A DNA stretch of 42,049 nt from a virus. The translations under genes and the position numbers were made by a program. This document shows positions 1 to 8,897 of this stretch, in pieces. The notes below the pieces were generated by a model. That model was not told where the DNA came from and searched no databases. It saw nothing but the letters and a program-made list of their open reading frames with translations. The stretch lies in UHGV virus genome UHGV-0229743. The stretch is one strand, 5' to 3'. The stretch's first letter is position 1. Every line of letters starts with the position of its first letter.

Positions 1-379
1 CGGCAGAGAACAGAAGCGGCAAATGACAGATGAGGAATACTGCGATGCGGTGGAAGCGTTGGCAGCAGGAAAACAAATCGTCAAAGTAATCGTGGACCCG
101 TCTGCGGCATCGTTTATACTTGCCCTGAAACGGCGCGGGTTTAGGGTGCAGCAGGCAGATAACGCGGTGTTGGACGGCATACGGCGCACGGCAGTGTACT
201 TAAAAAACGGAAACATCAAGATACACCGCTCATGCAAAGACGCAATACGCGAATTCGGATTATATCGATGGGACGAACGGAAAACACAGGATACAGTCAT
301 CAAAGAAAACGATCATGCGATGGACGAAATACGCTATTTTTGTAATTCGGTCATGCGCCGGAAAGTAAGAGGTACATAA
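1..379 (+). CDS. terL: Terminase large subunit (PBSX-type), C-terminal nuclease part; continues from 41214..42049
   Basis: DPSAASFI, ADNAVLDGI, YRWD and DHAMDEIRY motifs; the end of the window (…TACTACGA) joins position 1 (CGGCAGA…) in frame. Confidence 0.93.
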   Translation, partial: GREQKRQMTDEEYCDAVEALAAGKQIVKVIVDPSAASFILALKRRGFRVQQADNAVLDGIRRTAVYLKNGNIKIHRSCKDAIREFGLYRWDERKTQDTVIKENDHAMDEIRYFCNSVMRRKVRGT

Positions 380-1771
380 ATGGGCATTATTGCAAAGGTA
401 AAGGAGTGGTATTATATGCGCTTAGCGGGCAAAGCGAGAGAAGAGTTCGGCATCGAGCCAATCAGCTCCGAAGACATGGACGCGTGGGTAAATGAGTGCG
501 TCAATATCTATCAGGGCAACCCGAGCTGGTTGGACGCAGAAGACGGCATTGATACCGTAAATTTTGCGAAAGCGGTCTGCTCCGAAGTTGCACGGCTTAC
601 CACATTGGGCATCGGCATACATATAGACGGGTCTGCACGTGCCGACTGGCTGCAAACGCAGATTGACAATGTGTATTTTCAGCTCCGGCACTGGGTGGAA
701 TATGGCGGCGCGTATGGCACAATTATCCTAAAGCCCAATGGAGACACGATTGATTTATATACGCGCGGCCAGTTTGAGGTGACGCACGTAACAAACGGAG
801 AGATAGATGGTGCGGTATTCCACAATTCGGTAAAACTCGGAGGAAAATGGTACACGCGGCTTGAATATCATCGATTTGAAAACGGCTTGTACATGATCTC
901 AAACAAATGCTATGTCGGTAAAAACGAGAACGATACAAAAGAGCGCATTGACATTAAGTTGACACCGTGGGCGGAATTGACCGAGGAAGCGGCAATAGAA
1001 AATATCTCTAAACCGCTTTTTGGCGTTTTGCGAATGCCGCAGGCGAACAATATTGTTCCGGGGTCACCGTATGGCCTGCCGATTTTTTCGGAAGCGGTGC
1101 AGGAGCTGCGGGACCTTGACATCGCATATTCGCGCAATGCAACAGAGATTACAGACAGTCAGAGGCTTGTATTGATGGATAAAGACCGCCTGCTGCCGTA
1201 TGCCGAAAACAGCACGCCAAACGCGTTCGGACGCGTTAAAATGCCGAGATATATCAACATGGTGGAGAGCGGTTCCGGCGTGGAAAGCGACATATACCAC
1301 GAGATCAATCCAACATTAAACACGGATACACGGTTAAAGGGAATCAATGCTCTTTTGAGCCAAATCGGGTACAAAATCGGATTTGCAAACGGATACTTTG
1401 TATTTAACGAAACAAACGGCGTGCAGACCGCCACGCAGGTGGAAGCGGATCAGCAGCGCACAATCCAGTTTATCAAAGACGTCAGAGATAAACTGGAAAA
1501 CTGCCTTGACGATCTCATCACGGCTTTGAATGCGTTTGCAGACTTATACGGACTTGCCCCGGCGGGCACGTATGAGGTTACATACGATTTTGGAGACATC
1601 ACGTACAACCGAGAGGAGGACCGTGCAAGATGGTGGAGCTATGTGACGACCAACAAAGTACCTGCATGGATGTTTTTTACAAAGTTTGAAGGCATGTCTG
1701 AAGAAGAAGCAAAAGCTATGGTGGCGGAAGCGTCACCACAAGAACCAACATTATTTGGAGGTGAAGAGTAA
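380..1771 (+). CDS. Portal protein (A118/SPP1 gp6-like)
   Basis: 463 aa directly after terL; SPYGLPIF, LDIAYS and QTATQV motifs. Confidence 0.9.
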   Translation: MGIIAKVKEWYYMRLAGKAREEFGIEPISSEDMDAWVNECVNIYQGNPSWLDAEDGIDTVNFAKAVCSEVARLTTLGIGIHIDGSARADWLQTQIDNVYFQLRHWVEYGGAYGTIILKPNGDTIDLYTRGQFEVTHVTNGEIDGAVFHNSVKLGGKWYTRLEYHRFENGLYMISNKCYVGKNENDTKERIDIKLTPWAELTEEAAIENISKPLFGVLRMPQANNIVPGSPYGLPIFSEAVQELRDLDIAYSRNATEITDSQRLVLMDKDRLLPYAENSTPNAFGRVKMPRYINMVESGSGVESDIYHEINPTLNTDTRLKGINALLSQIGYKIGFANGYFVFNETNGVQTATQVEADQQRTIQFIKDVRDKLENCLDDLITALNAFADLYGLAPAGTYEVTYDFGDITYNREEDRARWWSYVTTNKVPAWMFFTKFEGMSEEEAKAMVAEASPQEPTLFGGEE

Positions 1772-1777
1772 TCATGG

Positions 1778-1882
1778 GTGATATTTTACGGTAAAGTCCC
1801 GGAAGAATGTGACCAAAATGTAATACGCATACCGGCGTATTACGAAAAAATCGTACAGCGGCGCAAAGCAAAGGAGCAATAA
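1778..1882 (+). CDS. Small hypothetical protein (34 aa, GTG start)
   Basis: Open frame VIFYGKVPEECDQNVIRIPAYYEKIVQRRKAKEQ fills the gap and its stop abuts the next ATG. Confidence 0.35.
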   Translation: MIFYGKVPEECDQNVIRIPAYYEKIVQRRKAKEQ

Positions 1883-3433
1883 ATGCTGACACCCGAATAT
1901 CTCTTACATATCAGCGAAGGAGCGGAACAGATTGCGGAAAGTCTGCACATAGACATAATTAAACGCATCATAGCGGCGATTATGATGCGCTTAGACCGCG
2001 GTGACGATTATATATTAACGCCGCGAGATAAATGGATGTTGGAGGTATTACAGGACGCGGGAATATTATTCGAGGATATTGTAAAGGAAATCGCTCAAAA
2101 GACAGGACTGCAGCGCACAGAGATACAAAAAGCGATGGAAGCGGCGTGCGTGACAAATATTCGGTATGAAAACACGTTGTTCAGCGCCGCGGGCATTGTA
2201 ACGAACGATTTTACAAAGTCTCCGTATATGCTCCGATTGATGCAAAGTACATATCAAGCAACGCTCGGAGAGTGGTCTAATTTTACGCGTGTGATGGCTT
2301 CGGAAGCGGAGCAGTCATTTATCAAAGCTTGTGATAAAGCGTACATACAGGTTACCACAGGCGCAATATCGTACACACAGGCGGTAAAAGAGGCCGTAGA
2401 GGAGCTGGCGGCTAATGGCGTTGAGGTCGTTTATCCGTCCGGGCATAGAGATACCATAGAGACCGCGACGCTTCGCGCTGTGCGGACAGGCGTATCAAGA
2501 GCAGCGGCGCAGATCACAATAGCTCGTGCAGACGAGGAGGGCGAAGACCTGGTCTTGGTATCTGCACATTTGGGTGCTCGCCCGGAGCATCACGTTTGGC
2601 AGGGCAAAGTATACAGCCGCTCCGGCACTGATGCACGTTACCCGGATTTTGTGCAGTCTACCCGATATGGCGAAGTAGACGGATTATGCGGCGCAAACTG
2701 TCGGCATCATTTTAGCGTGTATATGGAGGGCATGGCAAACCCGTATGAAAATTATGATACCGAAGAAAACCGGCGCGCGTATGATCTGCAGCAACGTCAA
2801 CGAGCTTTAGAAAGACGTATACGCAAGACGAAGCGGGAAACGATGGGTTTGAAAGTGGCGCTTGATAACGCACAAACGCCGGAAACAGTAGCGACACTCG
2901 CGGAAGCTTACGGCAAGAAAGCGGCGCAACTCGAAAAGCAAAATGCGGCGTATAAAAAATTCTGCGTCGAAAACGACTTGAAAGAACTGCAAGATCGTAT
3001 AAGCATCGCTCGCTGGGACAGAAAGCAAGCGGCATCGGCGCGCGGCGCTGCACGGAAATATAACTCGAAGCTTGAAAAACAAGAACAATATGATAAAATG
3101 GTATCAGAAATCAAAGAAGCAGGGTACATACCCAAAAACGCAACAGTAAACATTCCGCCCCGGAAAATTGACACGAAATCACTATCATTTGACGACAATC
3201 ACATAAACAAAGAAAGACAACATAACGTTAATCGTGAAATGGCCGAAACGTGGATATATGAAAGCAAAATGTCCGCGGGGGTGTGGAATGGTCGATTTGA
3301 GAGGTATTATAGTAAAAATGGATCATCGTATGTGGATCTGCAAAAAAACGAAATTCGAACAGCATTTTCAAAAGAAGAATTTGACGAGAATGTTAAAGGT
3401 ATATTGGAGGCGTTAGATAAGTATGAATATTAA
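1883..3433 (+). CDS. Minor capsid / MuF-type head protein with C-terminal extension (candidate polymorphic toxin domain)
   Basis: VSAHLGARPEHHVWQGKVY and GLCGANCRH motifs; QRALERRIRKTKRE; extra ~120 aa AT-rich C-terminal domain. Confidence 0.85.
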   Translation: MLTPEYLLHISEGAEQIAESLHIDIIKRIIAAIMMRLDRGDDYILTPRDKWMLEVLQDAGILFEDIVKEIAQKTGLQRTEIQKAMEAACVTNIRYENTLFSAAGIVTNDFTKSPYMLRLMQSTYQATLGEWSNFTRVMASEAEQSFIKACDKAYIQVTTGAISYTQAVKEAVEELAANGVEVVYPSGHRDTIETATLRAVRTGVSRAAAQITIARADEEGEDLVLVSAHLGARPEHHVWQGKVYSRSGTDARYPDFVQSTRYGEVDGLCGANCRHHFSVYMEGMANPYENYDTEENRRAYDLQQRQRALERRIRKTKRETMGLKVALDNAQTPETVATLAEAYGKKAAQLEKQNAAYKKFCVENDLKELQDRISIARWDRKQAASARGAARKYNSKLEKQEQYDKMVSEIKEAGYIPKNATVNIPPRKIDTKSLSFDDNHINKERQHNVNREMAETWIYESKMSAGVWNGRFERYYSKNGSSYVDLQKNEIRTAFSKEEFDENVKGILEALDKYEY

Positions 3434-3605
3434 CTATCCTGTAAAATGTCCGCTGATGGGGAAAGAAATTGAAGAAGAAATTTGCTTTGATATCCATTGT
3501 GTTGTTGATGGTGGGACACCCGAACGATTTGCACCTAAAAAAGCGAGGGAAACACCAAATTACAAACAAATTTGCAAAAGCTGCCCCTATCATAGAGACG
3601 ATTAA
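3423..3605 (+). CDS. Small Cys/His-rich protein, candidate immunity protein
   Basis: Overlaps the MuF stop codon; GGAGG RBS; CPL…CFDIH…CKSCPYH. Confidence 0.6.
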   Translation: MNINYPVKCPLMGKEIEEEICFDIHCVVDGGTPERFAPKKARETPNYKQICKSCPYHRDD

Positions 3606-3611
3606 GCAATA

Positions 3612-3836
3612 ATGATTATGAAAATATCGAATTTTACAAAGCGGGAAATATACCACTTGCAGGCGTTTTGTAATTTTACGCCGGACGAGGAGCAAATTTT
3701 TATAATGCGTAGTAAAGGTGAAACGATTGAAAACTGCGCAGAAAAGTTAAATGTAAGCGATTCGACTGCCAAGCGAATACTCAAGCGTGTCTATGCGAAG
3801 ATCGAAACGGAACAAAAGCACATGACACAAAATTGA
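3612..3836 (+). CDS. Stand-alone LuxR/GerE-type HTH regulator
   Basis: FTPDEEQIFIMRSKGETIENCAEKLNVSDSTAKRILKRVYAKI matches the LuxR C-terminal HTH pattern. Confidence 0.75.
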   Translation: MIMKISNFTKREIYHLQAFCNFTPDEEQIFIMRSKGETIENCAEKLNVSDSTAKRILKRVYAKIETEQKHMTQN

Positions 3837-3855
3837 CACTATAATAACTCGAATG

Positions 3856-3891
3856 AAGAGACTTTGCCGAAATGGTAAAGTCTCTTTTTTT
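3856..3891 (+). terminator. Intrinsic terminator
   Basis: AAGAGACTTTGCC-GAAAT-GGTAAAGTCTCTT followed by a T run. Confidence 0.7.
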
Positions 3892-3926
3892 GTGGGAAAA
3901 TACAATTAGAAACGGAGGAGATGTAA

Positions 3927-4400
3927 ATGCCTATGAATTATCCGGGCTATACGCCGCAGTATTATCCGATGCAGTACATGGATCAACTGACGCAACTCAA
4001 ATATCAGCCTTACCAAGCGCAGGCGGCGCCGACGATGCAGCAAAATCAAACACCTAATGCAGGCGGTTCGGCGCTGTTGTGGGTACAGGGAGAGGCAGGT
4101 GCAAAATCATATTTAGTTGCACCCGGCGCGACCGTGCTTTTGATGGACAGCGAAAAACCACGATTTTATATCAAGACCACAGATACGAGCGGTATGCCTG
4201 CAATGCGGACGTATGAGTATACGGAGATCACAAATCAACCGCCGCAAACCGCTGTAAATCAAACGGAATACGACCATGTAACACATGAAGAGCTTGAAAA
4301 TTTCCGTGCCGAAATACGCGAAGAAATGCGTAAATTGACAGAGCAGCAAAGCAAACGTGCGGCATCAAAGCCGAAAGCGGAGGCGGAAAACAATGAATAA
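3927..4400 (+). CDS. Hypothetical protein (Q/P/Y-rich N-terminus, WVQGEAGAKSYLVAP core)
   Basis: GGAGGAG RBS, 157 aa. Confidence 0.8.
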   Translation: MPMNYPGYTPQYYPMQYMDQLTQLKYQPYQAQAAPTMQQNQTPNAGGSALLWVQGEAGAKSYLVAPGATVLLMDSEKPRFYIKTTDTSGMPAMRTYEYTEITNQPPQTAVNQTEYDHVTHEELENFRAEIREEMRKLTEQQSKRAASKPKAEAENNE

Positions 4401-4611
4401 TAAATCGATATACGGACTGATGAACAACACGCAAAACGGCAATATTGTGCAACAGTTTCAGCAGTTCGTCCGGCAGATGCAGGGTAAAAATCCCACTGAA
4501 GAGATCAACCGGCTTTTACAATCCGGCAAAGTTTCGCAGCAGCAGCTCAACCAAGCACAGCAGATGGCGAAGCAAATGAAGAGCATGTTCGGCATGTTTG
4601 GAAAACGATAA
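4393..4611 (+). CDS. Small Q/M-rich hypothetical protein (72 aa)
   Basis: GGAGG RBS before ATG 4393; NPTEEINRLLQSGKVSQQQLNQAQQMA. Confidence 0.75.
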   Translation: MNNKSIYGLMNNTQNGNIVQQFQQFVRQMQGKNPTEEINRLLQSGKVSQQQLNQAQQMAKQMKSMFGMFGKR

Positions 4612-4657
4612 AACACACGGCCGTGGTTTTATAAATATTAAAAAAGGAGATTTAACA

Positions 4658-5410
4658 ATGGACAACTATTCACTCGCGGATATTGCGGCGGTAACAGATA
4701 AAGACCGCAATAACAATGGATTTGGCGGAGATTGGGGCGCATGGATCATCTTGTTCTTGATCTTCGGCATGTTTGGATGGGGCGGCTTTGGTGGATTCGG
4801 CAACGGTTACGGTGCCAATGGCGCAGGTTTGCAGGGCATGGCAACGCGTGCGGACATCAATGAGGGATTTGCTCTTAACAACCTCGAAAGAGGTATTCAG
4901 GGCATTCAGCAGGGCATTTGCGACAGCACATACGCGCTGAACAACAACATCCAGCAGGGCTTTGCAAACTCCAATATGGGTATGATGCAGGGCTTTAACG
5001 GCGTAGAACGCGGCTTCAGCAACATTTCCAGCCAGCTTTCTGACTGTTGCTGCCAGACGCAGCGTGCTATTGACAGCGTAAACTATAACATGGCAAAAAA
5101 CACCTGCGATCTGCAGAACGCTATGTGTACAAACACGCGTGATATTTTGGACAACCAGAATACCAATACACGCGCGATCCTCGATTTCCTCACGCAGTCT
5201 AAGATTGATACGCTGCGCGACGAGAATCAGGAGCTGCGTCGTTCGGCATCTCAGGACCGCCAGAACGCTTACATTACGACAGCGATGCAGGCACAGACGG
5301 CGCAGATTATTGACCGCATTGCTCCGTATCCGATCCCGGCGTATCAGGTAAGCGCTCCGTATCCGTATTGCAACGCAGGATATAGCAACGGTTGCGGTTG
5401 CGGCTGCTAA
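4658..5410 (+). CDS. Gly-rich membrane/coiled-coil protein with Cys clusters (250 aa)
   Basis: AAGGAG RBS; hydrophobic WIILFLIFGMFGWGG segment, DCCC motif, coiled-coil, C-terminal GCGCGC. Confidence 0.8.
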   Translation: MDNYSLADIAAVTDKDRNNNGFGGDWGAWIILFLIFGMFGWGGFGGFGNGYGANGAGLQGMATRADINEGFALNNLERGIQGIQQGICDSTYALNNNIQQGFANSNMGMMQGFNGVERGFSNISSQLSDCCCQTQRAIDSVNYNMAKNTCDLQNAMCTNTRDILDNQNTNTRAILDFLTQSKIDTLRDENQELRRSASQDRQNAYITTAMQAQTAQIIDRIAPYPIPAYQVSAPYPYCNAGYSNGCGCGC

Positions 5411-5473
5411 AAAACCAAAAAAACAGTATCTACCCGCGAGGGTTGTACAGCAAATGCTGTTATTACACAATCA

Positions 5474-5503
5474 GGGGGCGGGAAACCGTCCCCGTTTTAT
5501 TTT
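5474..5503 (+). terminator. Intrinsic terminator-like hairpin
   Basis: GGGGCGG-GAAA-CCGTCCC followed by a T-rich tail. Confidence 0.55.
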
Positions 5504-5523
5504 AAAGAAAGGATTTTGAATTT

Positions 5524-5934
5524 ATGATTGAAGTTATCAACACAGCAGTGCAGACAGTAGGAGTAGAACAGAGCGTGGTATATAATGCCACAGCAGCGAA
5601 GGGCGGTTGCGCAGAAAGACACCGTGTAGGCAGTGCGCTGATTACGCTTTTGAAACCCGGACGTTATCTTGTGGTTTTTTCGGGAAACATCGCTGTTCCG
5701 ACAGGAGGTACAGCGGCGGAAATATCTTTAGGCATCACGCAGGACGGCGAAGTTATTGCCGGATCGCGTATGCGCGCCACGCCGAGTGCCGTAGAAAACT
5801 ATTTTAATGTATCTACTCAGCATTATGTTGATGTATACGGTGGTTGCTGTGTAACGGTAGGCGTGGAAAACACCAGCGGACAGGCTATCGAGGTTTACGA
5901 CCCGAATCTAACTGTGGTTCGCGTTTGTGGCTAA
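5524..5934 (+). CDS. Beta-sandwich protein resembling the BclA-CTD/C1q-like fold
   Basis: All-beta pattern PGRYLVVFSGNI…ISLGITQDGEVIAGS…VTVGVENTS; fold assignment is inference. Confidence 0.6.
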   Translation: MIEVINTAVQTVGVEQSVVYNATAAKGGCAERHRVGSALITLLKPGRYLVVFSGNIAVPTGGTAAEISLGITQDGEVIAGSRMRATPSAVENYFNVSTQHYVDVYGGCCVTVGVENTSGQAIEVYDPNLTVVRVCG

Positions 5935-5948
5935 GGAGGTAAAAAGCT

Positions 5949-6479
5949 ATGTATGACACATACAGGATGATGGATCACATTTGCAAAGAGCTTGATAAAA
6001 AAGCAGAAAGCGGCTTAAAATCCACAACAGACCTTGATACGGTCTGGAAGCTTATAAGCTCATATAAAAATCTTTTAAGGATTGACATGCTGCAGGAAGC
6101 CGAAAGCTACGCTTACGACGGTGAATACGGCGCAAGAAAAAGCAATACAGAAAGATATTCGAGATACGATGAAAGCCGTGAAAACAGTCGTTCCGGCGGA
6201 AATAAAACGGCTAAAGTCTCGGTGGGAAAAAGCGGCTATAATTATAACAGCGATGGATATGAACACGATGAAAACGACCCGCACGAACGGTATATTAACG
6301 CTAAGTATTCGTACAGATCGTCTAAATCTCCCGAATGTAAGCAACGCATGATGGCAACGCTGGAAGAAAGCATGGACGACATGCGCCAGCGCCTACAAGA
6401 GATGATGCGTGATTCGGACTGCAGGGAAGAGCGTGACATCATCAAGAATTATCTTGAAAAATTCCAAAGCATTATTTGA
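5949..6479 (+). CDS. Hypothetical protein (helical ends, Y/S/R-rich low-complexity middle)
   Basis: AAGGAGG RBS, 176 aa. Confidence 0.8.
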   Translation: MYDTYRMMDHICKELDKKAESGLKSTTDLDTVWKLISSYKNLLRIDMLQEAESYAYDGEYGARKSNTERYSRYDESRENSRSGGNKTAKVSVGKSGYNYNSDGYEHDENDPHERYINAKYSYRSSKSPECKQRMMATLEESMDDMRQRLQEMMRDSDCREERDIIKNYLEKFQSII

Positions 6480-6626
6480 GTATGTGAGTTTTAAACAGAG
6501 ACCGCATAAAAGCGGGAGCACATAAAAAACGGGCGGCATCCCGTTCCCTCCTAAATATGTCTTGAGCGTAAAAAAGACAGCATGTATCTCTGTGCATGTC
6601 TCCGGTGTAAGTCCGGTTGCTCTTAT

Positions 6627-6702
6627 GCGGCCGTAACTCAGTTGGTAGAGTGCCTGCCCTCCAAGCAGGTTTGTGCGGGTTCGAGCCCCGCCGGTCGCTC
6701 CA
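6627..6702 (+). tRNA. tRNA-Gly(TCC) with atypical C33
   Basis: 76 nt; acceptor stem GCGGCCG/CGGTCGC, discriminator U73, encoded CCA; D-arm ACTC-AGTTGGTA-GAGT; anticodon stem CCTGC/GCAGG with loop CCTCCAA; T-loop TTCGAGC. Confidence 0.92.
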
Positions 6703-6778
6703 TACCTTGCTTGTGGTTTATCAAGCTTACTCCATTACCGCCGACGGACGGTTAAAATTAACGTTAGGAGCGAAAAAG

Positions 6779-7375
6779 ATGAAAAACATGATCGAAATTT
6801 GCAAAGATTTTGGCTTTGAAATCCCGGAAGATAAGCAGACAGAGTTTTTGAAAGCGGTAAACGGCGAATATAAGACTGTAGCCGAATACGAAAAAGCGCA
6901 GAACAAATTAAGCGCTGCCACGCAGAGAGCTGAGAGCGCCGAAGAAACGCTCAAGGGATTTGAGGGGAAGGATTTTGACGCGATCACACGAGAACGTGAC
7001 GAATGGAAGCGCAAGTATGACGAAAATGTTGCAGCATACCAGCGCCAACAGGAAGAAGATGCGTTTAACGATTTGCTCAAAAACGCGGTAACAGAAGCTA
7101 AAGGCAGAAACTCCAAGGCAATTTGTGCATTGCTGGATTTGGAAAAATTACGCGGTAGCCGCAACCAGGAAAGAGATGTTAAAGCCGCTTTGGAAAGTTT
7201 GAAAGCGGACAACGGGTATCTTTTCGAGGATAACGGCGGCGCTGCAAAATTTACCCAGCCGAACCACAATAATGGCGGTGGCGCTATTACCGTAAAAGAC
7301 ATTATGGCGATCAAAGACCCGACGGAAAGACAGGCAAAAATCGCGCAGAATATGCAGTTGTTCCAGAAAGGATAA
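6779..7375 (+). CDS. Head scaffolding protein
   Basis: AGGAG RBS; coiled-coil, LKADNGYLF, C-terminal IKDPTERQAKIAQNMQLF; directly upstream of the capsid gene. Confidence 0.85.
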   Translation: MKNMIEICKDFGFEIPEDKQTEFLKAVNGEYKTVAEYEKAQNKLSAATQRAESAEETLKGFEGKDFDAITRERDEWKRKYDENVAAYQRQQEEDAFNDLLKNAVTEAKGRNSKAICALLDLEKLRGSRNQERDVKAALESLKADNGYLFEDNGGAAKFTQPNHNNGGGAITVKDIMAIKDPTERQAKIAQNMQLFQKG

Positions 7376-7381
7376 GGTAAA

Positions 7382-8269
7382 ATGGCAGTAACCGAAAACA
7401 CTACCACGACAAAACAGATCACAGTTAAAGCGAAAGAAATTGACCTTGCGCAGAGATTCACACAGACGTGGGACGCTTTGCGCGAGATTATGGGCATTAT
7501 GCGCCCTATTCGTAAGACACCCGGAACGACCCTCGTTTCGAGCAAAGCGACCATTACGCTGCAGAGCGGTACAGTCGCAGAAGGCGACGAAGTGCCGCTC
7601 TCTCAGGCAACCGTGACGCCGGTCGCCTACAAAGATTTGACGCTGCAGAAGTATCGCAAACGTGTTACAGCGGAAGCTGTTGACAAATTCGGTGCAGCTA
7701 TCGCAGTGCAGAAGACCGACGATGCATTGCTTAACGAGCTGCAGAGCAACGTACTTAATGAGTTTTATACATTTGCGCTGACCGGCACGCTGACCGGCAC
7801 GGAAAAGACGTTCCAGATGGCGGTTGCGATGAGCATCGGACGCGTCAAGGACAAGTTCAAGAAGCTTCGCTTGAACTATGGCAATGTCGTGGTTTTTGCA
7901 AATACGTTGGATGTGCATCGTTATCTCGGCAGCACCACAATTACCACTCAGACGTCTAACGGTGTGGAGTATCTTAAGAATTTCCTCGGCGCCGATACCG
8001 TAATCGTTTCCTCCGAAATCCCTGAGGGAAAAGTACTCGCCGTCCCGGTAGACAATATTGTTTTGTATTACTGTGACCCCTCTGACAGCGATTTTGCAGA
8101 GCTTGGGCTCGAGTACACTACCGGCGCAGGCGAAACGAACCTCATCGGCGTGCATAAAGAGGGCGTATACGGACGCGCTTCCGGCGATACTCATGTGCTT
8201 ATGGGTATGGTTATGTGGGCAGAGTATTTAGACGCTATTGCTGTTACTACGATCAATGCGGGGGAATAA
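7382..8269 (+). CDS. Major capsid protein
   Basis: VAEGDEVPLS and KYRKRVTAEA motifs; synteny. Confidence 0.88.
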   Translation: MAVTENTTTTKQITVKAKEIDLAQRFTQTWDALREIMGIMRPIRKTPGTTLVSSKATITLQSGTVAEGDEVPLSQATVTPVAYKDLTLQKYRKRVTAEAVDKFGAAIAVQKTDDALLNELQSNVLNEFYTFALTGTLTGTEKTFQMAVAMSIGRVKDKFKKLRLNYGNVVVFANTLDVHRYLGSTTITTQTSNGVEYLKNFLGADTVIVSSEIPEGKVLAVPVDNIVLYYCDPSDSDFAELGLEYTTGAGETNLIGVHKEGVYGRASGDTHVLMGMVMWAEYLDAIAVTTINAGE

Positions 8270-8427
8270 GCAGCTATAACTTACAGCCTAAGTATTCGCG
8301 GCAAAGCCTTTCGAGCATGACAGTAGCGGAGATTAAGGCGCTTGCTGCGGAGCTTGGTTATAGCATCACAAAGGCTAAAAAAGCAGATATAATAACGGAA
8401 TTTGTGCAGCAGGATGAAGTGAAATGA
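8260..8427 (+). CDS. -1 frame extension of the capsid protein (HeH/LEM/Rho-N-like domain)
   Basis: GGGGGAA at 8260-8266 immediately before the MCP stop; the -1 frame encodes LSSMTVAEIKALAAELGYSITKAKKADII and has no good RBS of its own. Confidence 0.65.
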   Translation, partial: GGISSYNLQPKYSRQSLSSMTVAEIKALAAELGYSITKAKKADIITEFVQQDEVK

Positions 8428-8882
8428 CATATATCGAGTTAAGCGAATATACAACGACTTTCGGAAAAATCGAAACAGAATTGTTTATTCGTGTGTCTGC
8501 AAAAGCTGCCCGTATGATGGAACGTTACACAACGGGTATAGACGGATTTAACAAGCTCCGCAAAGCTTACCCGGAGCAGGAGAGAGAAACAATCCAGTAT
8601 TGCGCGGGAGAGCTGATCCAATATTTGAGTTGTTGCGAATTAAATGAAAGTGCTTTAAATACGGCAGAAGATATAAGCACTGGAACACACAGCAAAATCA
8701 TAACATCTGTATCCGCAGGAAATGAGGCGGTGAGTTACGCGACAGTTACAAGTGTCTCTCGCCTTGAACAGGAGCAAACCTGTGCCCGCATTATCCGTGA
8801 GTATCTGACAGGCATACAAGACGCAAACGGTGTGTATTTGCTGTATATGGGAGCTTATCCGCACAAATCATACAAAATGTAA
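8424..8882 (+). CDS. Head-tail adaptor/connector
   Basis: SVSAGNEAVSY and LLYMG motifs; synteny. Confidence 0.7.
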   Translation: MTYIELSEYTTTFGKIETELFIRVSAKAARMMERYTTGIDGFNKLRKAYPEQERETIQYCAGELIQYLSCCELNESALNTAEDISTGTHSKIITSVSAGNEAVSYATVTSVSRLEQEQTCARIIREYLTGIQDANGVYLLYMGAYPHKSYKM

Positions 8883-8897
8883 TTTAAGAGGGATAAC

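Noticed and set aside
6627..6702. tRNA-Trp(CCA) or suppressor reading of the CTCCA loop
   Set aside because: Shifting the register breaks the anticodon stem; acceptor identity is Gly
6617..6778. N-terminal extension of the scaffold ORF in the ORF track
   Set aside because: Overlaps the tRNA; the RBS supports ATG 6779
4670..8194. Long antisense ORFs (4670..5470, 6727..7554, 7148..8194) and similar ones elsewhere
   Set aside because: Shadow frames of real + strand genes; no RBS or recognisable motifs
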